From assembly GCA_963810275.1 (NCBI GenBank), contig CAWENF010000004.1:32001-96000 (forward strand): a DNA stretch of 64,000 bases. The letters are read 5' to 3'. The notes beneath the pieces were generated by a model that worked only from the letters and a program-made list of their open reading frames with translations, was not told where the DNA came from and searched no databases. The translations under genes and the position numbers were made by a program. Shown here piece by piece: positions 53,768 to 63,677 of the stretch. The stretch comes from an uncultured archaeon. Its GTDB lineage: Archaea; Thermoproteota; Bathyarchaeia; Bathyarchaeales; Bathycorpusculaceae. Within the stretch, counting starts at the first letter, position 1, and the number at the start of each line of letters is the position of its first letter.

Positions 53768-55354
53768 TTACCTGTCGGTGCATGAGAAGCATGGGTCTAA
53801 ACTTACAAAGTTCACGGGACAATCCGCCAAGTTTTGACCAATTGCGGTTTTTAGGAATGAAGGCAGGTTTGCGTAGGTTGGTGTGCGGACTTTTACCCTG
53901 TCAGGGTTTAGGGTTCCGTTGCTTTTCACGTAGTAAAATAATTCGCCTCTGGGTGCTTCTATGGTGGCTATGGCTTCGCCTTCAGGTACCAAACGTGGAA
54001 TCGTAGTTTTTATGGGTCCTTCAGGCAAGTGGTCAAGGGCATACTCGATTATGTTTATGCTCTCTTCCACTTCATCCATTCGGACATTCATTCTCGCCCA
54101 TGTATCTCCTTCTTTGTACACAATTTCGTTGAATGGAATTTCGCCATAAGCTTCGTAGGGCTCGTCTTTTCTTACGTCGATCTCTAGACCTGAACCTCTC
54201 GCAACTGGACCAACAACGCAGTATTTTATTGCGTCTTCTTTAGAAAGCAAGCCTACACCTTCCGTTCGCAGCCTGATTGACTGATTGTTTTGGTAGGTCT
54301 CTCTATAGCCTGGGACTTTTTTGCGTAGTTCTTCAAGGGTTTGTTTGATTTTGGGAAAGTCAGCTGGGTTTAGGTCTCTGCGTACGCCGCCCAAACATAT
54401 GGTCGATGAATATACTCGGTTGCCGCTTGTTAACTCGATGAGGTCCATGATTGGCTCGCGGTCCCGCCAGAAGTATTGGAAAAGTGTTTCGTAACCCATC
54501 TCTAGGCATGCATGCCCCAACGTAAGCAGGTGGCTATGCAGTCTGTTTAACTCTAGTGTTATGGTTCGTATGTACTTGGCTCTTTGAGGTACATCAGTAT
54601 CTAATATTTCTTCTACTGCCGCTGCGAAGGTCCTGGCGTGAGCAGCGTTGCATATTCCACAGATGCGTTCTACAAGGTATACGTCTCTTGGATAGGTGCG
54701 GGACTCGGCCGCTTTCTCGATGCCTCTGTGAACGTAGCCTATCCGTGGGTCAACGTTAGTTACGATTTCCCCTGCAACAGTAACCGAAAGTTTTTCGGGC
54801 TCAATTAACGCTGGATGCTGGGGACCAATGATGACTTTAAAAGTATTCTCGTCTTCCTCTTCTGGCTTTGGTGGAATAGGGTTTAGCTTCACGTTTTGTG
54901 TATTAACGTCTTTTCTTAAGGGGTAAACTCCTTCTGGCCAGTTTTCAGCAAGCAAAAAATGCCCAGACAACTGGTTGCCTTCAAAGACTATGCCCAGAAG
55001 ATCGGTTCCTTCCAATTCAGCGAATGTGGCGCCTGGAATCAAGTCGGCTATGGACGAGATTGTAGGTTTGCTTTTTGGGACTTGAATTTTAATGGTCAGG
55101 TAGCCTTTGGTTAGGCGCATGTGATAGTATGCGCCGAGTTTTTCGCCTAAGTCAAGGCCTGTGATGGTTACAAGTTGTGTTTTGGAGTCTGCGGCGAGCA
55201 GTGTTTTGATAATTTCTATTAACTGGTTTGGTTCGGCTTGGATGGCGGCCAACCCGAGTTGATTTGGCTGGATTTGTATGTTGGTTCCTTTGAATTGACT
55301 TTCAAGAAAGTCGATTATACCCGTTTTTTGGAGGTTTTGAGATTTTTGAGTCAT
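53768..55354 (-). CDS. group 4 [NiFe]-hydrogenase large subunit fused to a NuoC-like domain
   Basis: GPQHP, GYVHRGIEK, L1 ERICGIC, EAPRGE, L2 DPCFSCTDR; N-terminal NuoC domain ending YPLRKD. Confidence 0.9.
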   Translation of the reverse strand: MTQKSQNLQKTGIIDFLESQFKGTNIQIQPNQLGLAAIQAEPNQLIEIIKTLLAADSKTQLVTITGLDLGEKLGAYYHMRLTKGYLTIKIQVPKSKPTISSIADLIPGATFAELEGTDLLGIVFEGNQLSGHFLLAENWPEGVYPLRKDVNTQNVKLNPIPPKPEEEDENTFKVIIGPQHPALIEPEKLSVTVAGEIVTNVDPRIGYVHRGIEKAAESRTYPRDVYLVERICGICNAAHARTFAAAVEEILDTDVPQRAKYIRTITLELNRLHSHLLTLGHACLEMGYETLFQYFWRDREPIMDLIELTSGNRVYSSTICLGGVRRDLNPADFPKIKQTLEELRKKVPGYRETYQNNQSIRLRTEGVGLLSKEDAIKYCVVGPVARGSGLEIDVRKDEPYEAYGEIPFNEIVYKEGDTWARMNVRMDEVEESINIIEYALDHLPEGPIKTTIPRLVPEGEAIATIEAPRGELFYYVKSNGTLNPDRVKVRTPTYANLPSFLKTAIGQNLADCPVNFVSLDPCFSCTDR

Positions 55355-55602
55355 CTTCTAAGCCTGATGGTACAGAAGGAACAAGCATATTTCTCAGTAA
55401 CTATTGGGCTTCGCCACTGTGCAAATAACAAATGCAAATGACAGCCCAAATCCAAACGTACCTTATTCAATACGGTTCCTGTTATGTATATTCTTTGTCC
55501 TTCAGTATCGACTTTTTTAATTTAAAAGTAAAATATCAAGTTTATTAACAACTTCAATTCAAAAATGCCGTTTACCCATCGACAGTTGATTATCCTTGAA
55601 CA

Positions 55603-56076
55603 TTAGTAGAAAAAACTGCCAACCCTACGCCGAATTCTTCGCGCGGAAAACAATAAATCCCGAACATCAACTGGCAAATGCACATCCTGCCAACATCTTT
55701 CCGCCTCCACCGACCCACCAACCGCCTTCACAGCCTTCAAAGCATAAAGCGCCGCCCCCAAACTGTGGTCTGCCATATGTGCTGTCGCAACCGCATGCCC
55801 CATGCTACGAGCCACAGCCTCCGAAGCCGTATCCGAAACCTCCCTTGCCAGTTTGTGGCAGTTCGCAGCGGCTTTTCGTGCTTCGCCAACCGTTGCTTTA
55901 CCCTCAGCCCATGATTTGCCTACTTCGAGGGCATTTTGAAGGCGATGGTCCATAGTTTCCCCGAAGTAAGGAAATACATGTTCGGCGCAACGGCAAGCCC
56001 AAAACATCAACAATTGATGCTGCTGTTTTGTGAGTGGTCCTCCTCTGTGTTGTGCGATGAAGCGTTTGTCCCTCAT
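55603..56076 (-). CDS. Imm5-like 'putative immunity protein' family
   Basis: WACRCAEHV...ARSMGHAVATAHMADHSLGAALYALKA...ERCWQ. Confidence 0.7.
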   Translation of the reverse strand: MRDKRFIAQHRGGPLTKQQHQLLMFWACRCAEHVFPYFGETMDHRLQNALEVGKSWAEGKATVGEARKAAANCHKLAREVSDTASEAVARSMGHAVATAHMADHSLGAALYALKAVKAVGGSVEAERCWQDVHLPVDVRDLLFSARRIRRRVGSFFY

Positions 56077-56273
56077 TTGCTTAAAACCTTTTTTATTGCA
56101 GTAGATCAACAGGAAAATGGAATTTTAAGGATTGCCTAAAAATGAAACGGCTGATAGATCGGTAAGGGCCCGCATATAATTGTAGTGTGCAACTTTAAGG
56201 TTTTTAGGTGTCTTGTGGTGGAGGTGGCGGATTCAGAGTGATAAAACGCGTAATTTACATGGGGTTGTTATTC

Positions 56274-56828
56274 TTAATTTTGTTTTAATGTTAAAGCGTA
56301 TTTGCTAGCAATTTCCATAAGCACGTTTATGTTACGTGTAGTTGCCTTCGTTTTTAATTTCACCTCAACGAAGTGGTTGGGTAGTGCTCCTTCTCCACCG
56401 CCGTGGGTGACGCTGTAAACCTCTCGCCCTAGAATCTTGACTACAAGTGCGGTTGATTTGGGGATCGTAGCGGGCAGCGGTAGCGGAAAATCTGATGCTT
56501 GCGCAAGGAAAGTAACCAAGAAGCTTGCACCCTCTTTGTTCTGCCCTTTGAATGTGTCCAATTTAAGCATTGATTTAAGTTCGTTTATGCTACGAATGAA
56601 AACAGACACATCATATCCTAACACATCTTTGAGTGTAGCTTCAATTTTTGGAGCTAATTCCTGTGAGTTGTCTTCTGGGATTTCGAAGATTACGTTTCCG
56701 CTTTGCCTAAACGTCGCAGCACCTTCAACACCCGCTCTCTTAAACGCCTCTAGTAGCTGTTCCTTAGTAACTCGGTGTTCACCAACGTTGATTCCCCTCA
56801 AAAAAGCAACAAAACGCGACATACCCAA
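56274..56828 (-). CDS. DUF1697 family protein
   Basis: FVAFLRGINVG, TFRQSGNVIF, ATTRNIN. Confidence 0.85.
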   Translation of the reverse strand: MGMSRFVAFLRGINVGEHRVTKEQLLEAFKRAGVEGAATFRQSGNVIFEIPEDNSQELAPKIEATLKDVLGYDVSVFIRSINELKSMLKLDTFKGQNKEGASFLVTFLAQASDFPLPLPATIPKSTALVVKILGREVYSVTHGGGEGALPNHFVEVKLKTKATTRNINVLMEIASKYALTLKQN

Positions 56829-56850
56829 AACTGTGCCGTATACCCAATTA

Positions 56851-57888
56851 TTAACTTATGTCCGATATAGACAGCCAGTTCCTTGACAAAAAAACTGTCG
56901 AGTCCCCAAACTTTAGACTCAAGCAACCTTTTTCCGGGCACATTTCAACACATCGCAAGCAAAGCAGGCACATCTGAGTGTCCACTTTTCCACCGCTACG
57001 CTCGTAGACTTCTGTAACCTGTGCAGGACATACCCTCTTGCAGATGCCGCATTTTGTGCATTTCTCTTTTTCTTTGCTTAGGCGAAGAAGAGGCATCCAC
57101 TTCAAGGCTTTAAACCGATTAACTGCGGCGATGGAAACGCCTGTGGGGCAGAAACGGCACCAGAACCTGCGTACTTTGAACGAAACCGCCAACACCGTTA
57201 CCACAAACACATACGAGAGCACCAATGCGGCTCCACTGTTGCCTTGAAGATAGAGAAGGATTTCACCGACATAAGGAAACGTGACATAATTGTTCCCAAC
57301 CTCAAAGAGAGCTCCAAACGGCGGCTTCCACGGCAAAAGTAGCGGTTGCAATGGTTCAAGGAGGAAAGCGTAGTGCGTAAAGGGTGGGTATAGTGTAAAA
57401 AAGTTGGTGAGGTCGGCTAATGCTGATGCTCCAATAAAAAAGCTGGGCACAGCCAACAACAAAATCGCTGCTGCTACAACGTATCTCGAATTGTGCAGTA
57501 TGCAATTTAGTTTGTCTGGAAGCTGCCCGTGCCCGACATGCAAAGCCTTACGTATCACAGTGGTGATATCCATGTAGAAGCCCAGCGGGCACATCCAGCC
57601 GCAGAAAACCCGCCCGAAAAACGCCGTAGATCCCAAAACCAGAAGCAGTAGTAGCCCTTTCCAGACGGCAATTATCGAGATATAGAAGATTAAGAGCAGA
57701 AATAGCAGTTGAATGGTGAAGCGCAGGTGGCTGACCTTTCGGGTTTTGTCTCTAAATATTTTGCAAATTCCTCCTAAAACGCCACGCTTTTCTTTTGAGT
57801 TGAGGGTTGCTCTATGTTTAAGTAGGTTTCCTAGAATCGCAAAAATGGGTATGTAATTCAGCTTCGAGGATTGGGGAAGTTTACCCAT
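56851..57888 (-). CDS. NapH/MauN-type membrane polyferredoxin
   Basis: GRVFCGWMCPLG, RFWCRFCPTG, CTKCGICKRVCP, CLLCLRCVEMCP; start uncertain. Confidence 0.82.
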   Translation of the reverse strand: MGKLPQSSKLNYIPIFAILGNLLKHRATLNSKEKRGVLGGICKIFRDKTRKVSHLRFTIQLLFLLLIFYISIIAVWKGLLLLLVLGSTAFFGRVFCGWMCPLGFYMDITTVIRKALHVGHGQLPDKLNCILHNSRYVVAAAILLLAVPSFFIGASALADLTNFFTLYPPFTHYAFLLEPLQPLLLPWKPPFGALFEVGNNYVTFPYVGEILLYLQGNSGAALVLSYVFVVTVLAVSFKVRRFWCRFCPTGVSIAAVNRFKALKWMPLLRLSKEKEKCTKCGICKRVCPAQVTEVYERSGGKVDTQMCLLCLRCVEMCPEKGCLSLKFGDSTVFLSRNWLSISDIS

Positions 57889-57929
57889 AAAGGCTTAATG
57901 TTTCTGCATATATTTGCTATTGAGCGCTT

Positions 57930-58691
57930 ATGGAAATGCTTGAAGTTAAAGACTTATCTGTTAAAGTCGAGGATAAACTTATACTAAAAAACCTCAACTT
58001 TAACTTAAAAGACCGAGCAAGCCACATCCTGTTTGGACCCAACGGCTCAGGTAAAACAACCCTGATAAGCACCTTGATGGGTTTGCCTGGTTATGATGTT
58101 GCCTCAGGAAAAATATTTTTCAAAGGTGTTGACATAACCCATAAATCCGTTGATGAACGCGCCAAGCTCGGCATAATTGTCAGTTTCCAGAATCCACCTG
58201 AAATCACTGGCGTGAAGTTAGGTGACCTGCTCAAGCTATGTCTTGGCAAAGCCGCCAGTGAAGACTTTAGTCTTGGAGAGAAGGAGAAAATCGAGGCGTT
58301 TCGACTTACAAATTTCCTTAATCGCGATGTCAATATGGGTTTCAGTGGCGGTGAACGTAAACGAAGCGAAATCTTGCAGCTTATATTCCTTAAGCCTCAG
58401 TTGCTTTTGCTTGATGAACCTGACTCCGGTGTAGACGTGGAGAGTCTACGGATGATTAGCATTGAAATTGAAAAGTACATTGAAGCTTCAGGTGCTTCAG
58501 CACTTATAATCACTCATAAGGGAGATATTTTGGAATACATCAAGGCATCCTTTGGCTGTATATTACTTAAGGGGGAGTTCCACTGTTTCAAAGACCCGAT
58601 GCGGATCTATAATGATATTAAAGAAGTTGGCTACGAGGAATGCGTGGCTTGTAGAATAAGAACAAATGAGGGATGGAAAAATGTCAAGTGA
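57930..58691 (+). CDS. sufC: Fe-S assembly ABC ATPase SufC (SmsC-type)
   Basis: GPNGSGKT, FQNPPEI, GFSGGERKRSE, LDEPDSGVD, C-terminal ECVAC. Confidence 0.9.
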   Translation: MEMLEVKDLSVKVEDKLILKNLNFNLKDRASHILFGPNGSGKTTLISTLMGLPGYDVASGKIFFKGVDITHKSVDERAKLGIIVSFQNPPEITGVKLGDLLKLCLGKAASEDFSLGEKEKIEAFRLTNFLNRDVNMGFSGGERKRSEILQLIFLKPQLLLLDEPDSGVDVESLRMISIEIEKYIEASGASALIITHKGDILEYIKASFGCILLKGEFHCFKDPMRIYNDIKEVGYEECVACRIRTNEGWKNVK

Positions 58692-59805
58692 AAGTGACTT
58701 AACTAAAATTCCACATGCAATCTTAGAAGAAGCTCAGAAGGCTGGGTTGGAACTTCAAGACAAGAACCGTTCAGGAACCTATATCCATGTGGATCAAGAA
58801 ACCATCACATCCAAAGTCAACGAAGCCTACGAGGGCAAACTTGAACTCATGGACATTAAAGCTGCGCTCAAAAAGTATCCGTGGCTTGAAGAATATCGCT
58901 GGAAACTGGTGGACAAAAACAAAGATGAATACACCAAAAAAGTGGCGAAGGATTTTAGCGGTGGCTACTTTATGCGTATCAAAAAAGGTGCGGAAATCGC
59001 TTTTCCGTTGCAGAGTTGTCTCCTTATTACTAAGCGTAACCTGGAGCAGCGTGTACACAACATAATCATCGCAGAGGAAGACTCCAAAGTACACATAATC
59101 ACCAGCTGCGTGCAGCACTCAACCGTGCCAAACGCTTCTCATTTGGGTGTCTCGGAAATCTATGTTAAGAATGGTGCTATGTTGAACTTTACGATGATTC
59201 ACCAGTGGAGCGAGCAGACATTAGTGCGTCCAAGAAGCGCTGCAGAAGTCGAAGACAACGCCACTTTCGTCAGCAACTATGTGTGTATGCAGCCTGTCCG
59301 AGACACGCAAATGTACCCTGTTGCGTTCTGCAAGGGCGAGAACAGCCGAGCCAGCTTTAACAGCATCCTGTATGGGCATAAAAACAGCTTCCTAGACGTA
59401 GGCTCCAAAGCAGTCCTAACAGGCAAGGAAAGCAAGGCTGAGATGGTTAGCCGTGCAATCGCCCGTGAAGGCTCAAAGATGATTGTGCGGGGCATGATTG
59501 AAGGACATGTTCCCGACTGCAAAGGACATTTGGAATGCAAGGGCTTAATAATGGATAACTTGTCGTTTATGCAGTCTGTTCCGGAGCTTATTGCTACTAA
59601 GAATGGTGTTGAAATCACTCATGAGGCGGCGGTGGGTAAAATCAGCGAGAAAGAAATCACATATTTGATGACTCGTAGGTTGTCTCGGGAACAGGCGGTT
59701 TCACTGATTATCCGTGGCTTTATGGACGTGTCAATTTTGGGTTTGCCCGACGCTTTAAACAAGGAAATCAAGACAATCGTGGATACGTCGGCAGAAGCAG
59801 AATAG
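58681..59805 (+). CDS. sufB: Fe-S scaffold SufB/SufD family (SmsB-type)
   Basis: QRVHNIIIAEE, GHLECKGL, THEAAVGKI...YLMTR...IIRGF. Confidence 0.9.
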   Translation: MSSESDLTKIPHAILEEAQKAGLELQDKNRSGTYIHVDQETITSKVNEAYEGKLELMDIKAALKKYPWLEEYRWKLVDKNKDEYTKKVAKDFSGGYFMRIKKGAEIAFPLQSCLLITKRNLEQRVHNIIIAEEDSKVHIITSCVQHSTVPNASHLGVSEIYVKNGAMLNFTMIHQWSEQTLVRPRSAAEVEDNATFVSNYVCMQPVRDTQMYPVAFCKGENSRASFNSILYGHKNSFLDVGSKAVLTGKESKAEMVSRAIAREGSKMIVRGMIEGHVPDCKGHLECKGLIMDNLSFMQSVPELIATKNGVEITHEAAVGKISEKEITYLMTRRLSREQAVSLIIRGFMDVSILGLPDALNKEIKTIVDTSAEAE

Positions 59806-60086
59806 ATGCTTCTATTCTCTTCCATTTGCTGTTTTTGTATTCCTCTTCATACGGATGTGAGTTCCTGGGGCACAGCAGGACTGTAGCTGAATGCTTTTGT
59901 TTGGATCTGAATTTTCTCTCAGTGCCTGTTATTGCGGGTAGCGGTTTTTTCTCGCACATTATGCAATGGCTACCAATGGTTATGTATATGGCGCCATTTC
60001 CCGGAGCTATACGACGATGTTTGCTTGTTTGCTGGTATGCTTTTTATTCTGCCACATCATAAATCTGTAACTACAGAGAGGAACAT

Positions 60087-61268
60087 TTGTTGAATGGGAA
60101 ACCACTGGTCAGCATCATCGGCGCTGGCATGAGCAAATTCGGAAAACAAGAAGGCCTCCTTGGAAGAGAAATTTTCGGAGAAGCAGCCGCAGAAGCGTTT
60201 AGCCGCTGCCCTAAACTAGATCCCAAAAAAGACGTTCAAGCCCTCTTTGTTGGGCACATGGGCGAGAACTACGAGCATCAAGGGCACACAGGTGCAACCA
60301 TGGCAGACTGGATTGGTCTGCGGGGGGTCCCTGCAACTAGAATCGAAGCCGCCTGCGGCAGCGGTGGCGTGGCATTGCGCACGGGCATCTATGCGGTGCT
60401 ATCAGGATTAGCCGATGTCGCAGTTGTGGGGGGCGTGGAGAAGATGACTCACCGAACCACCGCCGAAGTCACTGAGTACCTTGCGATGGCTGCTGATTAT
60501 CCCTTTGAGCAGTTCCACGGCATCACATTCCCAGGCTTGTTTGCCATGATGGCAACCGCCCACATGCATCAATACGGCACCACCGAAGCCCAAATTGGTA
60601 AAGTCGCCGTCAAAAACCATCACCATGGCACCTTAAACCCCAAGGCACACATGCAAAAAGAGGTGCCGCTTGAAACCGTGTTGAGCTCAAAATACGTGGC
60701 GTGGCCGCTTAAACTTTACGACTGTAGCCTGATTACGGACGGCGCAAGTTGCATTGTATTAACCAAACCCGAGCTTGCTAAAAAATACACAGACCAAGCC
60801 GTGGACATAGTTGGAAGCGGACAAGCAAGCGACGCCATAGGACTCTACGAACGCGATAGTTTGACCTCACTCAAATCCACCAAACTCGCCTCCAAAACTG
60901 CATATGAGATGGCAGGCGTCACCCCCGAGCAGGTTAATCTCGCAGAGGTGCATGACTGCTTTACCATAGCTGAGCTTATAGCCTACGAAGACCTCGGGTT
61001 CTGCTCTGTCGGCGAAGGTGGTAAACTTGTCGAAAGCGGTGCAACCACACTTGGCGGCAAAATCCCAATTAACACTAGCGGCGGCTTAAAATCCAAAGGA
61101 CACCCAGTAGGTGCAACAGGAACCGCCCAAGCATACGAAATGTACCTTCAACTCACCAGTCAAGCCAGTGCACGCCAAGTCAAAGATGCACGGGTCGGCT
61201 TAACACATAACATCGGCGGCTCCGGTGCTACGGCGGCTGTGCACATTTACAGGAGAGACCAACAATGA
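60087..61268 (+). CDS. archaeal-type thiolase (acetyl-CoA C-acyltransferase)
   Basis: EAACGSG, DCSLITDG, EVHDCF, KGHPVGATG. Confidence 0.9.
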   Translation: MLNGKPLVSIIGAGMSKFGKQEGLLGREIFGEAAAEAFSRCPKLDPKKDVQALFVGHMGENYEHQGHTGATMADWIGLRGVPATRIEAACGSGGVALRTGIYAVLSGLADVAVVGGVEKMTHRTTAEVTEYLAMAADYPFEQFHGITFPGLFAMMATAHMHQYGTTEAQIGKVAVKNHHHGTLNPKAHMQKEVPLETVLSSKYVAWPLKLYDCSLITDGASCIVLTKPELAKKYTDQAVDIVGSGQASDAIGLYERDSLTSLKSTKLASKTAYEMAGVTPEQVNLAEVHDCFTIAELIAYEDLGFCSVGEGGKLVESGATTLGGKIPINTSGGLKSKGHPVGATGTAQAYEMYLQLTSQASARQVKDARVGLTHNIGGSGATAAVHIYRRDQQ

Positions 61269-61666
61269 GCACTCCAACTAAAGCGTTCACGATTGAGCAG
61301 TTTTACAAGTACCTAAACCAAGGTAAACTGATGGCTGGCAAATGCGTGAAATGCAGCAAAATCCAATTGCCCCCCCGCCCGCTCTGCGACAACTGTTACT
61401 CGCAGGAGTTCACATGGGTTGAGGTTCAAGGTAAAGGCAAACTTCTAACTTATACTGTAATCAACATTGCGCCACAACAGTTCCAAGGCTTGGCGCCATA
61501 CGCGGTTGGCATCGTCGAGTTTGAGCGTGGCTTGCGGATTCCGGGCATGATTCAGTTAGCGCAGGAGAAGCTACGAATTGGTATGGACCTTGCAATTGAC
61601 TTTGGCACTTGCAGTCAGCCGCAGACTTGGCCTGCTTGGCAGCGGTACTGTTTTAAGTCTCTCTAA
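61265..61666 (+). CDS. DUF35 Zn-ribbon/OB-fold thiolase partner
   Basis: CVKC...PPRPLCDNC...GKLLTYTVI...PYAVGIVE; ATGA overlap with the thiolase. Confidence 0.88.
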   Translation: MSTPTKAFTIEQFYKYLNQGKLMAGKCVKCSKIQLPPRPLCDNCYSQEFTWVEVQGKGKLLTYTVINIAPQQFQGLAPYAVGIVEFERGLRIPGMIQLAQEKLRIGMDLAIDFGTCSQPQTWPAWQRYCFKSL

Positions 61667-61731
61667 TTATTTTGTTTTTCTTCTTTATTTTTTTGTTTAA
61701 TTTTTTTTACTCCCTACTGAATGCATAAAGT

Positions 61732-61748
61732 ACTTTGTAATGCAAAGT
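61732..61748. promoter_or_regulatory. palindromic operator ACTTTG-N5-CAAAGT
   Basis: Lies upstream of a membrane protein/wHTH pair; partial AAAGTAC copies flank it. Confidence 0.55.
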
Positions 61749-61785
61749 TTTTGAAAAGTACTCTGTGTATCTTCATTGAATAAAA

Positions 61786-62388
61786 ATGGTGCAAATAGAC
61801 CTTAAAGAAATCCAACGAAAAGCATACACATCCTACCACCAAGATGGCCTAATTGATATATTAGCCAGCGCCTAAATCGTCTACTTCTCTATCGGTATTC
61901 TCCTTGATTTACTCTACGCCTTTTCAATGGGAAGCATACTGCCTGTATTTCTTATTTCCAAAGTACTCCCCCATCTGGATTGCTGCCAAACAAAAATCGC
62001 AATACCCCGTGTAGGCTACGTCAACTTCGGCAAAAGAACCAAACCAAAAATCGAAGTTCTCTTAAGCGGCATAGCAGGTTTCGACTTTGCCATTCTGTTC
62101 GTTTTCCTTTTCTCCGCCAGAGCCTCACCATGGCTTGACCTTGCAACCCAAAACAGTATGATACTATTGGGTTTAGCTATCTTAGTCTTTGTACCTCTTG
62201 CCGGATATGCCATGGGGCTCAAACGGTTCTACGCCTACGGTGTCTTGACGTTTATATTGAATACAGCAGGGCAACTTTTAGGCATCTTCTTTGCCTACAT
62301 ATTGCTCGCGATAAGCTTAACCCTGATGGAAACTGGATTCGAATTGTTGGCTCAGTTCATCAAAAAGTACCCGTTGAAAGGAGGCTAA
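61786..62388 (+). pseudogene. membrane protein with an in-frame TAA at 61873-61875 (possible sequencing error)
   Basis: MVQIDLKEIQRKAYTSYHQDGLIDI continues in frame past TAA into the 61927 ORF (PRVGYVNF, TMs). Confidence 0.55.
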
Positions 62389-62392
62389 ACAC

Positions 62393-62715
62393 GTGTCTTG
62401 TAGCGAAGAAGACGGTATCCAGGACGTAGACCGCCTAATCCACGAACCCAATAGACTCCAGATAATGGCGCAGCTCTACGGGGTTCAAAGGGTGGGCTTT
62501 CTCTTTCTGCAGAACCAAACGAGGCTGACACCGGGCAACCTCTCAGTACACCTAAGCAAACTCCAAGCCGCAAACTATCTAGAGGTCCCCAAGGGGTTTA
62601 TTGACAAAAAACCGCACACGCTCTCGCTTTAACACAGAAAGGTAGCGAAGCCTTCAAAAGTTACCTAGAAAAAGTCAAACGTTTCGTAAACAAAATTCCT
62701 GAATTCAAGCGGTGA
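62393..62715 (+). CDS. HTH_34/MarR-like winged-helix regulator; frameshift near 62625
   Basis: DRLIHEPNRLQIM...LTPGNLSVHLSKL...; the C-terminus LTQKGSEAFKSY lies in the next frame. Confidence 0.75.
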
Positions 62716-62942
62716 CTTAAATGGTGAGGCACCGTACAGCTTGGATGAAGAATCCTCGTTTTCAGGAAGAACGGAAAAAACTCCAGTTGCAAATGGATAC
62801 CTCGCCAGTCAGCTAACGCTTGTTTGTTCAATTAAAGTTTTTTTGGCGAAATATGCTTCGCTTAAAATCGTATCAGATCTTTTGCAGTGGCTCCAGAAAA
62901 GCCTATTTGGTTTGTTTGTGCTTTTATTTTTGGGAAATCTCC

Positions 62943-63569
62943 TTGCCAGATGAAGACAAAATATGCGTTATATCCTGCAGTGTACTAAAAAAGGAGCTGA
63001 AAAAGCTCAAAACTGAAGGAAAAATTGAGGCTGAATTATTATTTGTATCAAAAAACTTCCACGTAGACTACAACATGATAGAGAATAATCTGCGCAAAGT
63101 TATAGAACACACCAAACAAAGATTCGATGGAAAAATCGTGTTGGTGTATGGTGACCTGTGTTTGGGTATGAATGGCGAAATGCAACGACTTGCCGACGAA
63201 TACGGTGTTGCCAAGGTAGATGCGCTAAACTGCATTGATTGCCAGTTGGGCGGAGGCGGCAAATCCATTGCTGCAGACCCTGAGCAGAACTTGATGTTCA
63301 TGGGACCGGGTATGATTGAGTTTTTCGTGGACATGAGGCGTCTCTTATCGGAGCAGGGCGTGGGTGCAGAGCATTTCTCTGCAATGTATAGCGGAATTAA
63401 GGGTGCGGTGTTGCTGGACACTCTCGATGAGGCAGAAGACTGCATTGCAGCGTTTAAATCAGTTGGGTTGCCTCTTGAATTGCTTGAGGTTCGCAGAATC
63501 GGCTGCTGTAACGTGCATAAGGTGGTAAGGGAAGCCATAGAGCGCAGTCAAACTAGAAAACCCATTTAG
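62943..63569 (+). CDS. DUF1638 domain protein
   Basis: VISCSVLKKEL, FHVD, LVYGDLC, NCIDCQLG; probable TTG start at 62943. Confidence 0.7.
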   Translation: MPDEDKICVISCSVLKKELKKLKTEGKIEAELLFVSKNFHVDYNMIENNLRKVIEHTKQRFDGKIVLVYGDLCLGMNGEMQRLADEYGVAKVDALNCIDCQLGGGGKSIAADPEQNLMFMGPGMIEFFVDMRRLLSEQGVGAEHFSAMYSGIKGAVLLDTLDEAEDCIAAFKSVGLPLELLEVRRIGCCNVHKVVREAIERSQTRKPI

Positions 63570-63677
63570 CCACGTAATTAGTTAATCAGCCGTTTCTGAG
63601 TTTTTATTTTTTACACCGCAACTGTTAAAGAATCATCTGTGTAAATATCTAAGCGGAACCTCGAGGATGTGCCACTT

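Noticed and set aside
55603-56076. Toxin-immunity module
   Set aside because: No adjacent toxin; this Imm5-like family commonly occurs alone
60087-61666. Mevalonate thiolase/HMG-CoA synthase/DUF35 cluster
   Set aside because: No HMG-CoA synthase is adjacent, so the pathway cannot be assigned
61873-61875. Stop-codon recoding (Sec/Pyl)
   Set aside because: The codon is TAA, not TGA or TAG; other premature stops in the window result from frameshifts
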